A stretch of 64,000 nt of DNA, from the sequence record MZ189261.1. One strand, given 5' to 3'. The stretch's first letter is position 1, and the number at the start of each line of letters is the position of its first letter. The translations under genes were made by a program, and so were the position numbers. Below the pieces are notes generated by a model. The model saw only the letters and a list, made by a program, of their open reading frames with translations. It had not been told where the DNA came from and ran no database searches. The DNA is from Escherichia phage S143_2. Shown here piece by piece: positions 51,957 to 62,191 of the stretch.

Positions 51957-54900
51957 ATGGCTACATTAAAACAGATACAATTTAAAAGAAGCAAAGTAGC
52001 AGGAGTTAATCCTACTGCAGCACAATTAGCCGAAGGCGAATTAGCGATAAACTTAAAAGATCGAACTCTTTTTACTAAAGATGACCTCGGTAATATTATT
52101 AGCCTAGGCTTTGCTAAGGGCGGGGATATTAACGGTAATGTAACTCAAAATGGAGATTATTTACAGAACGGTACATATAATCTCAATGGAAACCAGTTTG
52201 TTTATGCAGGAAAATATATTGAATTTTTACCTAAAACTGCAGGCAATGGTGCTTGGGCTAACCAACATCTGAATAAAGCTCCTATCTTTACAGATTTGAG
52301 TTCAACTACTTCTGTTTCAGAATATCATCCGCTGATTAAACAACGCTATAAAGATGGAACTTTTTCTGTTGGTACGTTAGTAAACGAAGGAAGTTTTAAA
52401 ATTCATTTTATGAATGAATCTGGTGATTCGAAATATTGGACGTTTCGCCGTGACGGTGGATTTACTGTTGATGGTGGAGGTTTAGCAGTATCAGGAGGTA
52501 GTATAACTACATCTGGAAATATTGCAGCTCTCGGAAATATTACTTCGCCTCAGATTAATACTAAAAATATTATTTTAGACACAAAAGCATTCGGACAATA
52601 TGATTCACAGTCATTAGTTCAATATGTTTATCCTGGAACAGGTGAAGAAAATGGTATAAACTATCTTCGTAAAGTTCGAGCTAAATCAGGCGGAACTATT
52701 TACCATGAAATTGCTTCTGCGCAGACTGGTAAGAATGATGAAATTTCTTGGTGGACCGGAAATACACTTACCACTAAATTAATGGGTCTTCGTAATGATG
52801 GCGCAATGGTATTACGTCGTTCACTTGCTATTGGCACAATTACCACTGATGAAAATACTAACAACTATGGCTCTCCTACTCCAATGGGAGAAAGATATAT
52901 TGCTTTAGGTGATGCCGCCACTGGTTTAAAATACATTAAGCAGGGTGTTTATGATTTAGTAGGTAATTGGAATTCTGTTGCTTCTATTACTCCTGACAGT
53001 TTCCGTAGTACTCGTAAAGCATTATTTGGACGCTCAGAAGACCAAGGCGGAACCTGGTCAATGCCTGGCACTAATGCCGCTTTCTTGTCTGTTCAAACAC
53101 AAGCTGATAATAACAATGCTGGAGACGGCCAGACACATATTGGTTATAACTCCGGTGGAAAAATGTCGCACTATTTCCGTGGTACAGGTCAGATGAATAT
53201 CAATACCCAACAAGGTATGGAAATTAACCCGGGTATTTTGAAATTGGTAACTGGCTCTAATAATGTACAGTTTTATGCTGACGGCACTATTTCTTCTATT
53301 CAATCTATTAAATTGGATAATGAGATATTTTTAAATAACTCTAATAATATTGCAGGCCTTAAATTTGGCGCCCCTAGCAAAGTTGATGGAACAAGAGCTA
53401 TCCAATGGAACGGTGGTACTCGCGAAGGACAGAATAAAAACTATGTGATTATTAAAGCATGGGGTAACTCATTTAATGCCGCTGGTGATAGATCTCGCGA
53501 AACGGTTTTCCAAGTATCAGATAGACAAGGATATTATTTTTATGCTCATCGTAAAGCTCCAACCGGCGACGAAACTATTGGACGTATTGAAGCTCAGTTT
53601 GCTGGAGAACTTAATGCTAAAAGTATTAATGCCATCGAAAATTTTAAAGTTAATGGGTCAAGCACTTTAGTCGGTAATGTTACCGTGTCTAATGGTTTGT
53701 TTGTCCAAGGTGGTTCTTCTATTACCGGCCAAGTTAAAATCGGCGAAACTGGCGACGCATTAAGAATTTGGAATGCCGAATATGGCGCTATTTTCCGTCG
53801 TTCAGAAGATAAGCTTTATATTATTCCAACTGCGCAAAATGCTGGTGAATCAGGTGATATTTCTAATTTACGTCCGTTCTATATTACATTAAGTAACGGT
53901 AAAGTTGTCATGGGTCATGATGTAGATATCGGTGGCGGTAGATTTAAAGTAGAAACTAGTGGAACAACATCAGGGCAAGCTATCACAATTAACGCTAATA
54001 ACGCCGCGCTTATTATTAACTCGGCTTCATCGACCAACGCTGTTTATATTCAGGGTAAAAAAGCTAATACGGTTAAATGGTACGTTGGTAATGGGAGTGG
54101 TAGTTCAGATGAACTTAACTTATATAATAATGCATTAGGTCATGGGGTTGCATTTAGAACCGACGATGTTCTTTTTTCAAAACCATTAAAAGTTGGTAAT
54201 GCTCAATTCGGTACTGACGGTAATATCACTGGTGGTTCTGGTAATTTTGCTAACTTGAATACCACAATAAATAACCTTAAGATAGATATTGTGTCGAGTT
54301 ATCCAATTGGTGCTCCGATTCCTTGGCCTACTGATACACCTCCTGAAGGTTATGCCATCATGGAAGGCCAGACGTTTGATACTGACTTGTATCCTAAGTT
54401 AGCTGCGGTGTATCCTTCCGGCGCTCTGCCTGATATGCGTGGTCAAACTATCAAGGGTAAACCATCTGGGCGTGATGTATTAAGTACAGAAGCAGACGGT
54501 GTTAAGTCACATAGCCATAGTGCAAGTGCGTCAAGCACGGATTTAGGTACTAAGACCACTTCTAGTTTTGATTACGGTAGCAAAACGACTTCAAGCTTTG
54601 ATTATGGTACTAAAACCAGTAATACTACTGGTAACCATAACCATACAGTGAGTGGTAATACTAGTGCCGCTGGTAACCACCGGCACTCACAAACTGGCCC
54701 AAGGGGTCCTAATAACCAACCAACAGGAATATATCCTAATGGAGCTACTGCAATTAGTGGATCCCAGGTTCTTTCTTTTGCCACAAGCAACAAAATCGTG
54801 CCTGGTATAGGCCAATATATTGCAAAGTCATCGACAGAAGGTAACCATACCCACTCTTGGTCAGGAACTACTAGCACCACAGGTAACCATGCCCACACTG

Positions 54901-55058
54901 TCGGTATTGGTGCACATACACATACTGTAGGCATAGGTGCTCATACTCACACGGTAGCTATTGGTTCCCATGGTCATACAATAACCGTAAATGCCACAGG
55001 AAATACAGAAAACACAGTTAAAAACGTTGCTTTTAACTATATCGTTCGTTTAGCATAA
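51957..55058 (+). CDS. 37: Long tail fibre distal subunit gp37 (receptor-binding tip, T4 type)
   Basis: 1033 aa (T4 gp37 1026 aa); C-terminal His-rich HxH repeats and conserved terminal sequence ...[17 protein letters not shown]. Confidence 0.9.
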   Translation: MATLKQIQFKRSKVAGVNPTAAQLAEGELAINLKDRTLFTKDDLGNIISLGFAKGGDINGNVTQNGDYLQNGTYNLNGNQFVYAGKYIEFLPKTAGNGAWANQHLNKAPIFTDLSSTTSVSEYHPLIKQRYKDGTFSVGTLVNEGSFKIHFMNESGDSKYWTFRRDGGFTVDGGGLAVSGGSITTSGNIAALGNITSPQINTKNIILDTKAFGQYDSQSLVQYVYPGTGEENGINYLRKVRAKSGGTIYHEIASAQTGKNDEISWWTGNTLTTKLMGLRNDGAMVLRRSLAIGTITTDENTNNYGSPTPMGERYIALGDAATGLKYIKQGVYDLVGNWNSVASITPDSFRSTRKALFGRSEDQGGTWSMPGTNAAFLSVQTQADNNNAGDGQTHIGYNSGGKMSHYFRGTGQMNINTQQGMEINPGILKLVTGSNNVQFYADGTISSIQSIKLDNEIFLNNSNNIAGLKFGAPSKVDGTRAIQWNGGTREGQNKNYVIIKAWGNSFNAAGDRSRETVFQVSDRQGYYFYAHRKAPTGDETIGRIEAQFAGELNAKSINAIENFKVNGSSTLVGNVTVSNGLFVQGGSSITGQVKIGETGDALRIWNAEYGAIFRRSEDKLYIIPTAQNAGESGDISNLRPFYITLSNGKVVMGHDVDIGGGRFKVETSGTTSGQAITINANNAALIINSASSTNAVYIQGKKANTVKWYVGNGSGSSDELNLYNNALGHGVAFRTDDVLFSKPLKVGNAQFGTDGNITGGSGNFANLNTTINNLKIDIVSSYPIGAPIPWPTDTPPEGYAIMEGQTFDTDLYPKLAAVYPSGALPDMRGQTIKGKPSGRDVLSTEADGVKSHSHSASASSTDLGTKTTSSFDYGSKTTSSFDYGTKTSNTTGNHNHTVSGNTSAAGNHRHSQTGPRGPNNQPTGIYPNGATAISGSQVLSFATSNKIVPGIGQYIAKSSTEGNHTHSWSGTTSTTGNHAHTVGIGAHTHTVGIGAHTHTVAIGSHGHTITVNATGNTENTVKNVAFNYIVRLA
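54546..54620 (+). repeat. In-frame tandem 30-bp repeat in gp37 tip region ([11 protein letters not shown] x 2.5)
   Basis: Units at 54546..54575 and 54576..54605 plus partial third; encode [10 protein letters not shown] / [10 protein letters not shown] / GTKTSNTTG. Confidence 0.7.
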
Positions 55059-55091
55059 GGAGAAGGGACTTCGGTCCCTTTTTATAATATG
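55057..55091 (+). promoter_or_regulatory. Gene 38 translation initiation region: SD AAGGAG separated from AUG by a CUUCGG hairpin
   Basis: AAGGAG at 55057..55062 overlaps gene 37 stop; hairpin GGGAC-UUCG-GUCCC at 55065..55078; ATG at 55089; folding would shorten effective SD-AUG spacing. Confidence 0.5.
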
Positions 55092-55640
55092 AAACTCTAT
55101 CACTATTATTTTGACACTAAAGAATTTTACAAAGAAGAAAATTATAAACCATTAAAAGGCGTAGGATTTCCGGCTCATTCGACACCAAAAAAACCTTTAG
55201 ACCCTAAAGAAGGCTATGCTGTTGTATTTGATGAACGCGAACAAGAATGGGTATATGTTGAAGACCATCGTGGAAAAACAGTATGGACTTATGATAAGCA
55301 AAAAATTGTTATTGACACTCCAGGTGCTCTTCAAAATGTTACTACAGAAGAACCTGGTGAATTTGACATTTGGACCGACGACGGGTGGAAGGAAGATGAA
55401 GCGTATAAACGCGTAGTTCAACGTGATAGGAAAATTCATGAACTCTATAAATTATTCAGTGTTTTAAGTTCTCTTATTGGCGCAGAGGTTGCTAATAGAG
55501 AAGAAAAACGAAAATTTAAAGAGCTCAAAAAATTCTTTGCCCTTTTAGAAAAACATGAACATCTTGGCGGTGAATTCCCTAAATTCCCTGACCTTGAAAA
55601 CAAATCTATTGTCAAAGCGATTATAAATATCTTTAAGTAA
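55089..55640 (+). CDS. 38: Tail fibre assembly chaperone gp38 (T4 type)
   Basis: 183 aa (T4 gp38 183 aa); N-terminus MKLYHYYFDTKEFYKEENYKP matches T4 gp38 as remembered. Confidence 0.8.
   Translation: MKLYHYYFDTKEFYKEENYKPLKGVGFPAHSTPKKPLDPKEGYAVVFDEREQEWVYVEDHRGKTVWTYDKQKIVIDTPGALQNVTTEEPGEFDIWTDDGWKEDEAYKRVVQRDRKIHELYKLFSVLSSLIGAEVANREEKRKFKELKKFFALLEKHEHLGGEFPKFPDLENKSIVKAIINIFK
55622..55629 (+). promoter_or_regulatory. Late promoter TATAAATA inside 3' end of gene 38 (holin t)
   Basis: Exact motif 21 nt upstream of t ATG. Confidence 0.55.
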
Positions 55641-55649
55641 GGAGGTATT

Positions 55650-56309
55650 ATGGCAACACCAAAAGTATCATTTTCACTTAGTGATATTCTATTTGGGTTG
55701 CTAGATCGTATTTTCAAAGATAACGCTACTGGAAAGGTTTTAATGTCCCGAGTAGCGGTAATTATTCTTTTGTTCCTAATGGCACTAATATGGTACAAAG
55801 GAAGTATTTTGCTGGATTATTATGTAAGAGCTAAGTATGATACTTATACTGAAATAATCCAAAAAGAACGAGCTTTACGTTTTGAATCTGCGGCTCTAGA
55901 ACAACTGCAAATAGTTCATATCTCATCTGGTGCAGATTTTAGTGCTGTGTATTCTTTCAGACCTAAAAACTTAAATTATTTCGTCGACCTTATAGCTTAC
56001 GAAGGCAAACTACCTAGCACAATTTCTGAAAAGTCCCTTGGCGGATTCCCTGTGGATAAAACGGCCAATGAATATATAATTCATTTAAGTGGCCGTCATT
56101 TCTCATCTAAATCAGAATTTGCATTTTTGCCTACAAAATCTAAGACTGCCGAACTTTCTTATATGTATAGTTGTCCATACTTTAATTTGGATAACATCTA
56201 TGCTGGGACTGTGACGATGTATTGGTATAAGGGGAGTAATATACTTGAGGAGGATCGCTTAGCTGCTATATGCAACCAAGCGGTCCGAATACTAGGAAGG
56301 GCTAAATAA
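55650..56309 (+). CDS. t: Holin T
   Basis: 219 aa; single N-terminal TM segment and large periplasmic domain; close match to T4 T as remembered; late promoter at 55622..55629. Confidence 0.9.
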   Translation: MATPKVSFSLSDILFGLLDRIFKDNATGKVLMSRVAVIILLFLMALIWYKGSILLDYYVRAKYDTYTEIIQKERALRFESAALEQLQIVHISSGADFSAVYSFRPKNLNYFVDLIAYEGKLPSTISEKSLGGFPVDKTANEYIIHLSGRHFSSKSEFAFLPTKSKTAELSYMYSCPYFNLDNIYAGTVTMYWYKGSNILEEDRLAAICNQAVRILGRAK

Positions 56310-56582
56310 TTAGTTGTTAGAATACATCGCTAAATGACGATAAATATTTTCAAAACCTTCATTGAATTCACTAATCAGTGTTTTCTTTTCTTCGGCAGTT
56401 AAATTTGTAATTAGTTTTCTGAACGAATTCTGATTTAGCTGCCGACCATCTTTTTTAATTCCAATCTCATTCAAGAATCCGATGAAACTTGCTCGGTCTT
56501 CAACAATATCTTCCCTAGAGAATTTAATCAAAATAGAAGCAATAGTAATAATTTCACGTACGATTTCAATATCTTTATTCAT
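56310..56582 (-). CDS. asiA: Anti-sigma70 factor AsiA
   Basis: 90 aa (T4 AsiA 90 aa); N-terminus MNKDIEIVREIITIASILIKFSREDIVE matches T4 AsiA as remembered. Confidence 0.9.
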   Translation of the reverse strand: MNKDIEIVREIITIASILIKFSREDIVEDRASFIGFLNEIGIKKDGRQLNQNSFRKLITNLTAEEKKTLISEFNEGFENIYRHLAMYSNN

Positions 56583-56628
56583 AACGTTTTATTCATTCCA
56601 CTTAGTTGGTATGGATATAGTACCATTA

Positions 56629-56790
56629 TCAGTGTTGATTGTAAATGGCTTTTTCTACGCTTTTAACGTAATCGATGTAGTCTTCCTGTTCGTACGAGTG
56701 TAAGGCCAAGAACGGAACTAATAGTTCATTATAGACTAAAGCCTCACGCTCACGTTCGGCCTCTACTACGTTCTGAAGATTATGACTCAT
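56629..56790 (-). CDS. Hypothetical protein, 53 aa
   Basis: Start at internal ATG 56790 with RBS AAGGA; longer ORF-track start lacks RBS. Confidence 0.4.
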   Translation of the reverse strand: MSHNLQNVVEAEREREALVYNELLVPFLALHSYEQEDYIDYVKSVEKAIYNQH

Positions 56791-57079
56791 ATCGTTCCTT
56801 ATAACTATCAATATAGTCCTGTATGTCGAAGAACGACATTTCATATTCTAGGGCATTAAGAGCCCGTTCTTCAGTATAGTCAGAACCAAAGACGATAGTG
56901 ATTTCACCAGGCTTCATATGATTGAAATCAACACTAAACTCAAGTCGAGAGCAGACTTCATCTTCCATATCTATGATAACACTACGATACACTTCTCGGT
57001 TAACCTGATAAAGCTCTGCAAGTTCTTCACAACGAATAACAAGTTCAGTGGCAGGATTTTCTTTGATTTTAGTAAGCAT
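56780..57079 (-). CDS. Hypothetical acidic protein, 99 aa (arn position)
   Basis: Internal start at 57079 chosen; position corresponds to T4 arn but sequence could not be verified. Confidence 0.4.
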   Translation of the reverse strand: MLTKIKENPATELVIRCEELAELYQVNREVYRSVIIDMEDEVCSRLEFSVDFNHMKPGEITIVFGSDYTEERALNALEYEMSFFDIQDYIDSYKERYES

Positions 57080-57162
57080 AGTCTTTACCCTTATGTTTTT
57101 GTTTACGTTTAGATTGAAGTTCTGATTTCTTCTTGTCCTTATGAACAGAAGCCTTATTGAAA

Positions 57163-57381
57163 TCATGTTTTGCTACAAGATTGTTCATAATGCTTTATAA
57201 CCTCATTTAAACATTTATCGGTAAAAGAAAACTTTTTAGCCACAGAACATTCGATAATGTGCTCTTTCAAATCTTTAGAGTCGGTATATCCCATCTCAGT
57301 AATAAAGTGGCGAATTAAAGCTTTATTCTTATCATTAACAGAATTAAAATAATCTGCTTTAGAATCAATTATTCTCATCAT
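57163..57381 (-). CDS. Hypothetical protein, 72 aa
   Basis: ORF in asiA-motA interval (T4 arn.x position). Confidence 0.45.
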   Translation of the reverse strand: MMRIIDSKADYFNSVNDKNKALIRHFITEMGYTDSKDLKEHIIECSVAKKFSFTDKCLNEVIKHYEQSCSKT

Positions 57382-57646
57382 CTAATTTCCTTAATTGATA
57401 TTGCAACGAGCTAATAATTTCTTCGTTCATTTTAATATACATGTCGCGCAAGAAAGGTTTTAACCCATCACGAATAATTGCTAACGTATCACCTTTACAT
57501 AAATTAACCAAATAAGGATGGTCTAAAGCGTCCCAACCAGGCTGATTAGCATACATACCATAGTTTTCTTCCATCATATGATTAAGACGTTTGATATCTT
57601 GGATACGTGATTCGATAGCATCTTTCTGGAGTTGTTTAATATTCAT
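57365..57646 (-). CDS. Hypothetical protein, 93 aa
   Basis: ORF in asiA-motA interval. Confidence 0.45.
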   Translation of the reverse strand: MNIKQLQKDAIESRIQDIKRLNHMMEENYGMYANQPGWDALDHPYLVNLCKGDTLAIIRDGLKPFLRDMYIKMNEEIISSLQYQLRKLDDENN

Positions 57647-58107
57647 TAATAAAGGTCCTCTGAATAAAGTTCTTTCTCACTTCCGCCACGTTCAATACGT
57701 ACCTGTCCAGCATACGTTGCAATAATCATTGCTTCTTCACGAGTCCAGTAATTAGAGTATTGGTCGATAAAGCCTTGGTCGTCACCGCAAACTTGTTGCG
57801 AGACTAATTGAGGACCAACTATATCAAGTACTTCAGCCATATCTTTAGAGTAATGACGAACTCCAGGAATAACCAGAGTTCCACCACTCTTCAATTTAAA
57901 CCTATTAGCTGCACATACTATAACACGTTGAACTTTTTGGTCATTATTCCAATAGCACGTTTGCCAACAGATTTCAGGAACTTCATTCATTATATCATCA
58001 GCAGAATAATTATAACCGTAGGACTGGAATTTTTCTGCTAGACTTTCAGGAGTCTCACGAGACAAGGCCAAATCTAATAGCTCTAAACGTTCTTTAAATG
58101 ATTTCAT
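57646..58107 (-). CDS. Hypothetical protein, 153 aa
   Basis: ORF in asiA-motA interval. Confidence 0.5.
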   Translation of the reverse strand: MKSFKERLELLDLALSRETPESLAEKFQSYGYNYSADDIMNEVPEICWQTCYWNNDQKVQRVIVCAANRFKLKSGGTLVIPGVRHYSKDMAEVLDIVGPQLVSQQVCGDDQGFIDQYSNYWTREEAMIIATYAGQVRIERGGSEKELYSEDLY

Positions 58108-58433
58108 TTAAACCATTCCTTAATACGTTGCCAAATAGATTTTTGTGCTTGTTTATTTACACCAATCGAACGAATAACCGGTTGTGACTGCTGATATTCT
58201 TTATAATCTTCTTTATAGATTTCGTAAGCGACATCAACAAATGAACTTATCGCTGCCATAAAGTTTTTACGAAGGCCAAATGGTGCGTCATTATTTTCAC
58301 GAATAACCATATATTGGCCTGCTTTAATCTTTACAATTGTCCCTAAATAAGCCCCGTGGTACCAAATATCCCATCCTTCCTGAGTAGGTTCTGCACATTT
58401 ACGAAGTTCGTTAATAATATTCAGCTTATTCAT
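58104..58433 (-). CDS. Hypothetical protein, 109 aa (motA.1 position)
   Basis: ORF immediately downstream of motA with 4-nt overlap to next gene. Confidence 0.5.
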   Translation of the reverse strand: MNKLNIINELRKCAEPTQEGWDIWYHGAYLGTIVKIKAGQYMVIRENNDAPFGLRKNFMAAISSFVDVAYEIYKEDYKEYQQSQPVIRSIGVNKQAQKSIWQRIKEWFK

Positions 58434-58443
58434 TATGTATTCC

Positions 58444-59076
58444 TCACAGTACGTTAGTTACAAGGGTAATGATTTCTTTGGACACATTAGGGAAGTCAAT
58501 GTAAGTATATTTACCACCGATCTTAATCTTAACATCATTTTCAAGAGAAGTAAACAGTTTTGATTCGGTTTCTGACATGTTGTATGCAAATATTCTAAGA
58601 GAACCATCTCGACGAATTTCGATCTGACGAATACCTAGAACTCGTTTTGCAAATCGAACTTCCAAGTTACTACGGTTTTCACCAATTTCTTTAACTTCAA
58701 CTTTATCTTTAATATTTTCAAAAACAAAGTTTGCTAGTTCATGCATTTCAGGAGTAACTCCACGTGCTTTTCTAGTGTTACGTTTCTGAAGAAGTTCTGG
58801 AGCATTTTCTTGGGCAAAGAGGTCTGCAGCTTTTTGGATAATATCCATTGCTTCGCCTGTTGCTATAAGTCCATCACCAGATTTTTCGACTAAACCTTTC
58901 TTAATCAATACGCCAATGTTAGAGTTAACAACCGATGCATTGTATTCCGCTTCCAGAGCTTCACGGACATTGGCAGCAGTGGTGAAGTTGTTCTTAATGA
59001 TATAAACCATTATTGCAGCAGTTTTTTCATTCAGAGCGTTTTCGGAAGCTTTGATGATGTAAGTAACTTTAGACAT
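58444..59076 (-). CDS. motA: Middle-transcription activator MotA
   Basis: 210 aa (T4 MotA 211 aa); similar N-terminus and central GLLIKKGLVEKSGDGLI segment as remembered; early promoter upstream. Confidence 0.8.
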   Translation of the reverse strand: MSKVTYIIKASENALNEKTAAIMVYIIKNNFTTAANVREALEAEYNASVVNSNIGVLIKKGLVEKSGDGLIATGEAMDIIQKAADLFAQENAPELLQKRNTRKARGVTPEMHELANFVFENIKDKVEVKEIGENRSNLEVRFAKRVLGIRQIEIRRDGSLRIFAYNMSETESKLFTSLENDVKIKIGGKYTYIDFPNVSKEIITLVTNVL

Positions 59077-59115
59077 TTTATTTCTCCAATTTGGTTGTTT
59101 TGTTTTGATAGGTCT

Positions 59116-59144
59116 ATAATATCATGTTTGAAGCACATGTAAAC
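59116..59144 (-). promoter_or_regulatory. Early promoter (GTTTAC / TATTAT) for motA
   Basis: Upstream of motA ATG 59076. Confidence 0.5.
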
Positions 59145-59165
59145 TGTTTTGTGAGAAAAATGCAC

Positions 59166-59185
59166 AAAAGGGAGCTTCGGCTCCC
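59166..59185 (-). terminator. Hairpin/terminator between gene 52 and motA
   Basis: GGGAGC-CGAA-GCUCCC on - strand RNA followed by UUUUG; note the UUCG orientation is on the + strand here. Confidence 0.4.
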
Positions 59186-59261
59186 TAATCATGTTTGTCC
59201 AACCAATACAGCCAAATCACTAGTGCAGCTATTGCACCGAGAAATCCTAAGGCTAGGGCAC

Positions 59262-60587
59262 TCAAAGTGCCTCCAAGTCTTTAGTGTACTCTGTCACAAC
59301 ATCAGTAGACTTCCAATACTCATTTTCTTCTTTCTTAGCTTTAGCTTCTTCTGCCAGTTTACGGGCTTCGTCGGAAGTGATATGGAAGATGTTAAGACCT
59401 ACCAGTTTATCGACATGTTCTTTATACATTTCGATTTGTGCTAGCTCTTCAGTCAAAGCTTTACGAGTCTTGCCCTGAATCACAATTTCACCTGTAATAA
59501 CTTTTTTGATGAAGTGTGCCTTAGCAAAAGCAAGTTTAAATGCTTTTTCAGATTCAAGGATTTTGTTGTCAATACGTTTCTGAACGTAAGTCTTACGGAC
59601 TTCAACAAAATCTTTGATTAAGTCCACTACGTTATCGTAGACAGCTAATTTACCCTTTTCATTAATCACTGTAATGTTTTGTGAACGACGTTCGATGAGA
59701 CTAAAATCTTTCATGATTTTTTCATGACGTAGCTCTTCATCATCAGGAAGCGAGTACTCTTTACGGAACTTCACCTTAAACCCAAAGCCGTGTTCACCAC
59801 AATCATCTTCCCATGAGATTAGACCTTTGTCTTCCAACGGGTCAAGAACCTTACTCACATACGTTTCACGGTCGAATTTATATGGGATTTCAGTTATCTG
59901 CATTTGAGTACGAGATGTGAACTTGTATGTTCCGTGAATCTCATAACGCCCGTCAACTTCATGTACTTCACCACGGAATTCCGGGAATTCAACTTTTGGC
60001 TTAGTGACATTTTTACCTTGAAGAGCTTGTAATACAGCCTTTTTGACTGATTTAAAACTATGAGGCAGAATATTTGTTGCGTAACCGGTTGCAATACCAG
60101 AGACACCATTCAAAAGAACTGTCGGAATAATAGGAAGATAGAATTTTGGTGGAATGTGTTCTTTATCTTCATGAGCCGGAGCATATTCGGTATCTTTATA
60201 TACGTTATAGAAATTTTTACTTACACGAGCAAAAATATAACGAGATGCTGCAGCTTTTTGGACTGTTCGAGAACCAAAGTTGCCTTGGCCATCTAACAGT
60301 GGATAGTTGTTGTTCCACGTGTTAGCCATCAATGCACCTGCATCTTGTGCAGAAGATTCACCATGGTGATAACCTAAATCTGCAACACCGCCTGCAATTG
60401 ACGCAAGTTTATGAAATTTTTCTTTATTACCACGAGCCAAATCTAACGCACGATGAACCACAAAACGTTGAACCGGCTTAAATCCATCAATCATGTTTGG
60501 GATTGCACGGTTTTCAACGGTGTACATCGCATATGCTAAGGCTTCGTTATCAATAATACTTTTTAGATTACGAGAATTCAATTGCAT
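59262..60587 (-). CDS. 52: DNA topoisomerase II medium subunit gp52
   Basis: 441 aa (T4 gp52 442 aa); GyrA-like N-terminal region. Confidence 0.9.
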   Translation of the reverse strand: MQLNSRNLKSIIDNEALAYAMYTVENRAIPNMIDGFKPVQRFVVHRALDLARGNKEKFHKLASIAGGVADLGYHHGESSAQDAGALMANTWNNNYPLLDGQGNFGSRTVQKAAASRYIFARVSKNFYNVYKDTEYAPAHEDKEHIPPKFYLPIIPTVLLNGVSGIATGYATNILPHSFKSVKKAVLQALQGKNVTKPKVEFPEFRGEVHEVDGRYEIHGTYKFTSRTQMQITEIPYKFDRETYVSKVLDPLEDKGLISWEDDCGEHGFGFKVKFRKEYSLPDDEELRHEKIMKDFSLIERRSQNITVINEKGKLAVYDNVVDLIKDFVEVRKTYVQKRIDNKILESEKAFKLAFAKAHFIKKVITGEIVIQGKTRKALTEELAQIEMYKEHVDKLVGLNIFHITSDEARKLAEEAKAKKEENEYWKSTDVVTEYTKDLEAL

Positions 60588-60591
60588 ATTT

Positions 60592-60732
60592 TCACCATAT
60601 TAATGAACGAATAACCATTATAACATCTGAAATGAAAAGCACTACTTGGATTAGTCCAAACATCACACCATAGTACAGAACCGTAAGCAACAACAAGAGC
60701 CCGAAGGCTCCTGCTAAGATTTTCTTAATCAT
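60592..60732 (-). CDS. Small hydrophobic protein, 46 aa
   Basis: Not in ORF track; ATG overlaps stop of upstream small ORF (TAATG); predicted single TM helix; translated by hand. Confidence 0.35.
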   Translation of the reverse strand: MIKKILAGAFGLLLLLTVLYYGVMFGLIQVVLFISDVIMVIRSLIW

Positions 60733-60878
60733 TACTCGCCTTTTAATACGTTAAAAAGAGCTAAGACCGCTAAGGTACCTTGTGCCACCGCCTGTTGAAA
60801 TACTGATGTTTCGCCTGTAACTAAAGTGTTAACGAATAAAAACGACCAACACAACAATGCAATAATCCATGTTACCAT
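60732..60878 (-). CDS. Small hydrophobic protein, 48 aa
   Basis: Not in ORF track; RBS GAGG 9 nt upstream of ATG at 60878; predicted TM helix; sits where T4 has 52.1/ac/stp. Confidence 0.45.
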   Translation of the reverse strand: MVTWIIALLCWSFLFVNTLVTGETSVFQQAVAQGTLAVLALFNVLKGE

Positions 60879-60930
60879 TTTAATTACCTCAAAAATAAAT
60901 TAAAGGCCCAACTTAATAGGCCTGTATAAA

Positions 60931-61377
60931 TTAGTAACTCTGCAGAATGAATTTGAAATTATCAGCCAGAAGACGGTTCATTTCAGTGAGTGTTTGATAT
61001 TCTGATGTATGGTTGCGAGTGAATGCCAGAGCCAATTGTCCTTTACCATAACCGGTAGTCAGGGGTTTCATGTTCTTAGCTGAAACAAAGATTACATCAT
61101 ATTCAATATTATTAGTGCCCATGGTACGAGCCAGTTGCGAACGGCCTTGACGAATGTGAGAAAGAATTGCATCCAACCCTTGTTTAGAACGTTGACGTCC
61201 TACAAAGAATCGTGCTGCTACTTGTCGCCAATCAGATGAACCTTTAACAAAGAAGTAAAAACCTTCACGAAAACGAAACTCTTTAGAAACTTCAGAACCG
61301 TATTCGCCATTACGAACTACTGCAACAACTTCACCGCCAACTGCCAGAAGGTCTTTACGAGTTAAATATTTGGACAT
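60931..61377 (-). CDS. ndd: Nucleoid disruption protein Ndd
   Basis: 148 aa (T4 Ndd 151 aa); C-terminal part ...SKQG..A.LSHIRQ.RSQLART...[38 protein letters not shown] matches T4 Ndd as remembered. Confidence 0.75.
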   Translation of the reverse strand: MSKYLTRKDLLAVGGEVVAVVRNGEYGSEVSKEFRFREGFYFFVKGSSDWRQVAARFFVGRQRSKQGLDAILSHIRQGRSQLARTMGTNNIEYDVIFVSAKNMKPLTTGYGKGQLALAFTRNHTSEYQTLTEMNRLLADNFKFILQSY

Positions 61378-61421
61378 GCTAATTTCCTCAATTGATTAAT
61401 GTTTTTGTAATCCATGAGAGC

Positions 61422-61451
61422 ATTATACTCTGCTCTCAAGAGTTTGTACAA
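61422..61451 (-). promoter_or_regulatory. Early promoter (TTGTAC / TATAAT) for ndd, with inverted repeat around -10
   Basis: Arms GAGAGCA/TGCTCTC; near-identical to promoter at 33317..33346. Confidence 0.5.
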
Positions 61452-61453
61452 TT

Positions 61454-61654
61454 TTATTCGGCTATATCAGAACGTTCAAAAAGCTCTTCAACAGTTAAAC
61501 ATTCAGTGTCGTCTTCAATAAAGAATCGAGTCCAACACGTTGGGGCGATACAGTTATGAGTTTGTCCGGCGATAGAAGCTACACGAATAAGCTGCTGACC
61601 GTTATTCAGAACAAATTTTTCACCAATTTCAACATCTTTAAAAAGCTTAGCCAT
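61454..61654 (-). CDS. Hypothetical protein, 66 aa
   Basis: ORF with RBS GAGGAA and early promoter at 61683..61712. Confidence 0.5.
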   Translation of the reverse strand: MAKLFKDVEIGEKFVLNNGQQLIRVASIAGQTHNCIAPTCWTRFFIEDDTECLTVEELFERSDIAE

Positions 61655-61682
61655 TTTGTGTTCCTCATGTTTAAGTAGGACT

Positions 61683-61712
61683 ACTATACCATAATCCTAC
61701 CTTGATGTAAAC
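61683..61712 (-). promoter_or_regulatory. Early promoter (GTTTAC / TATAGT)
   Basis: Upstream of ORF 61454..61654; 6-bp arms GTAGGA/TCCTAC flank -10. Confidence 0.45.
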
Positions 61713-61901
61713 AATTAAATTACATTAAAATATGTTAAAGCCAACCATGTTCCAGTGAACGAACATGCGATGTAAAAACCAGTATCACAAATTGTTCTTA
61801 GTACAATAAGTGCATTTTTCATAAGTACCTCAATGCAATTGAAAATATTATACAAATCATAGGGATACTAAGCAACCATATTCCGATCCACATTTTAGAG
61901 C

Positions 61902-62165
61902 TCATATCTCAACTTCCGCGAGCTCCATATATCCTTTGTTGATAACATCTTTAAGGTCTTTAGAAAGAATAACACTAAAATGGTCATTCATATGTCCATT
62001 AACCAGACGAGTTATTTCGGCTTCAGATGACATATAAGGCACATCTGAGTCCCAATGAGATAGGCCCAAATGGGTATAAATCATCCCTTCATCATCTGCA
62101 GTGTTGTACATTGAAACAAATTCGCCTGTTACTTTGTGTTTTGCGTAGAAAAATTTAAATTTCAT
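61902..62165 (-). CDS. Hypothetical protein, 87 aa
   Basis: ORF with RBS AGAGGA and early promoter at 62192..62221. Confidence 0.5.
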   Translation of the reverse strand: MKFKFFYAKHKVTGEFVSMYNTADDEGMIYTHLGLSHWDSDVPYMSSEAEITRLVNGHMNDHFSVILSKDLKDVINKGYMELAEVEI

Positions 62166-62191
62166 GATGTTATCCTCTTTTAGATAGGACT

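Noticed and set aside
59124-59444. Plus-strand 106-aa ORF overlapping the 3' end of gene 52
   Set aside because: Antisense to a well-supported gene, no RBS, no synteny support
60697-60710. GAGCCCGAAGGCTC hairpin resembling the intergenic terminators
   Set aside because: No flanking U tract and it falls inside the putative 46-aa micro-ORF; not called as a terminator, though its presence lowers confidence in that ORF
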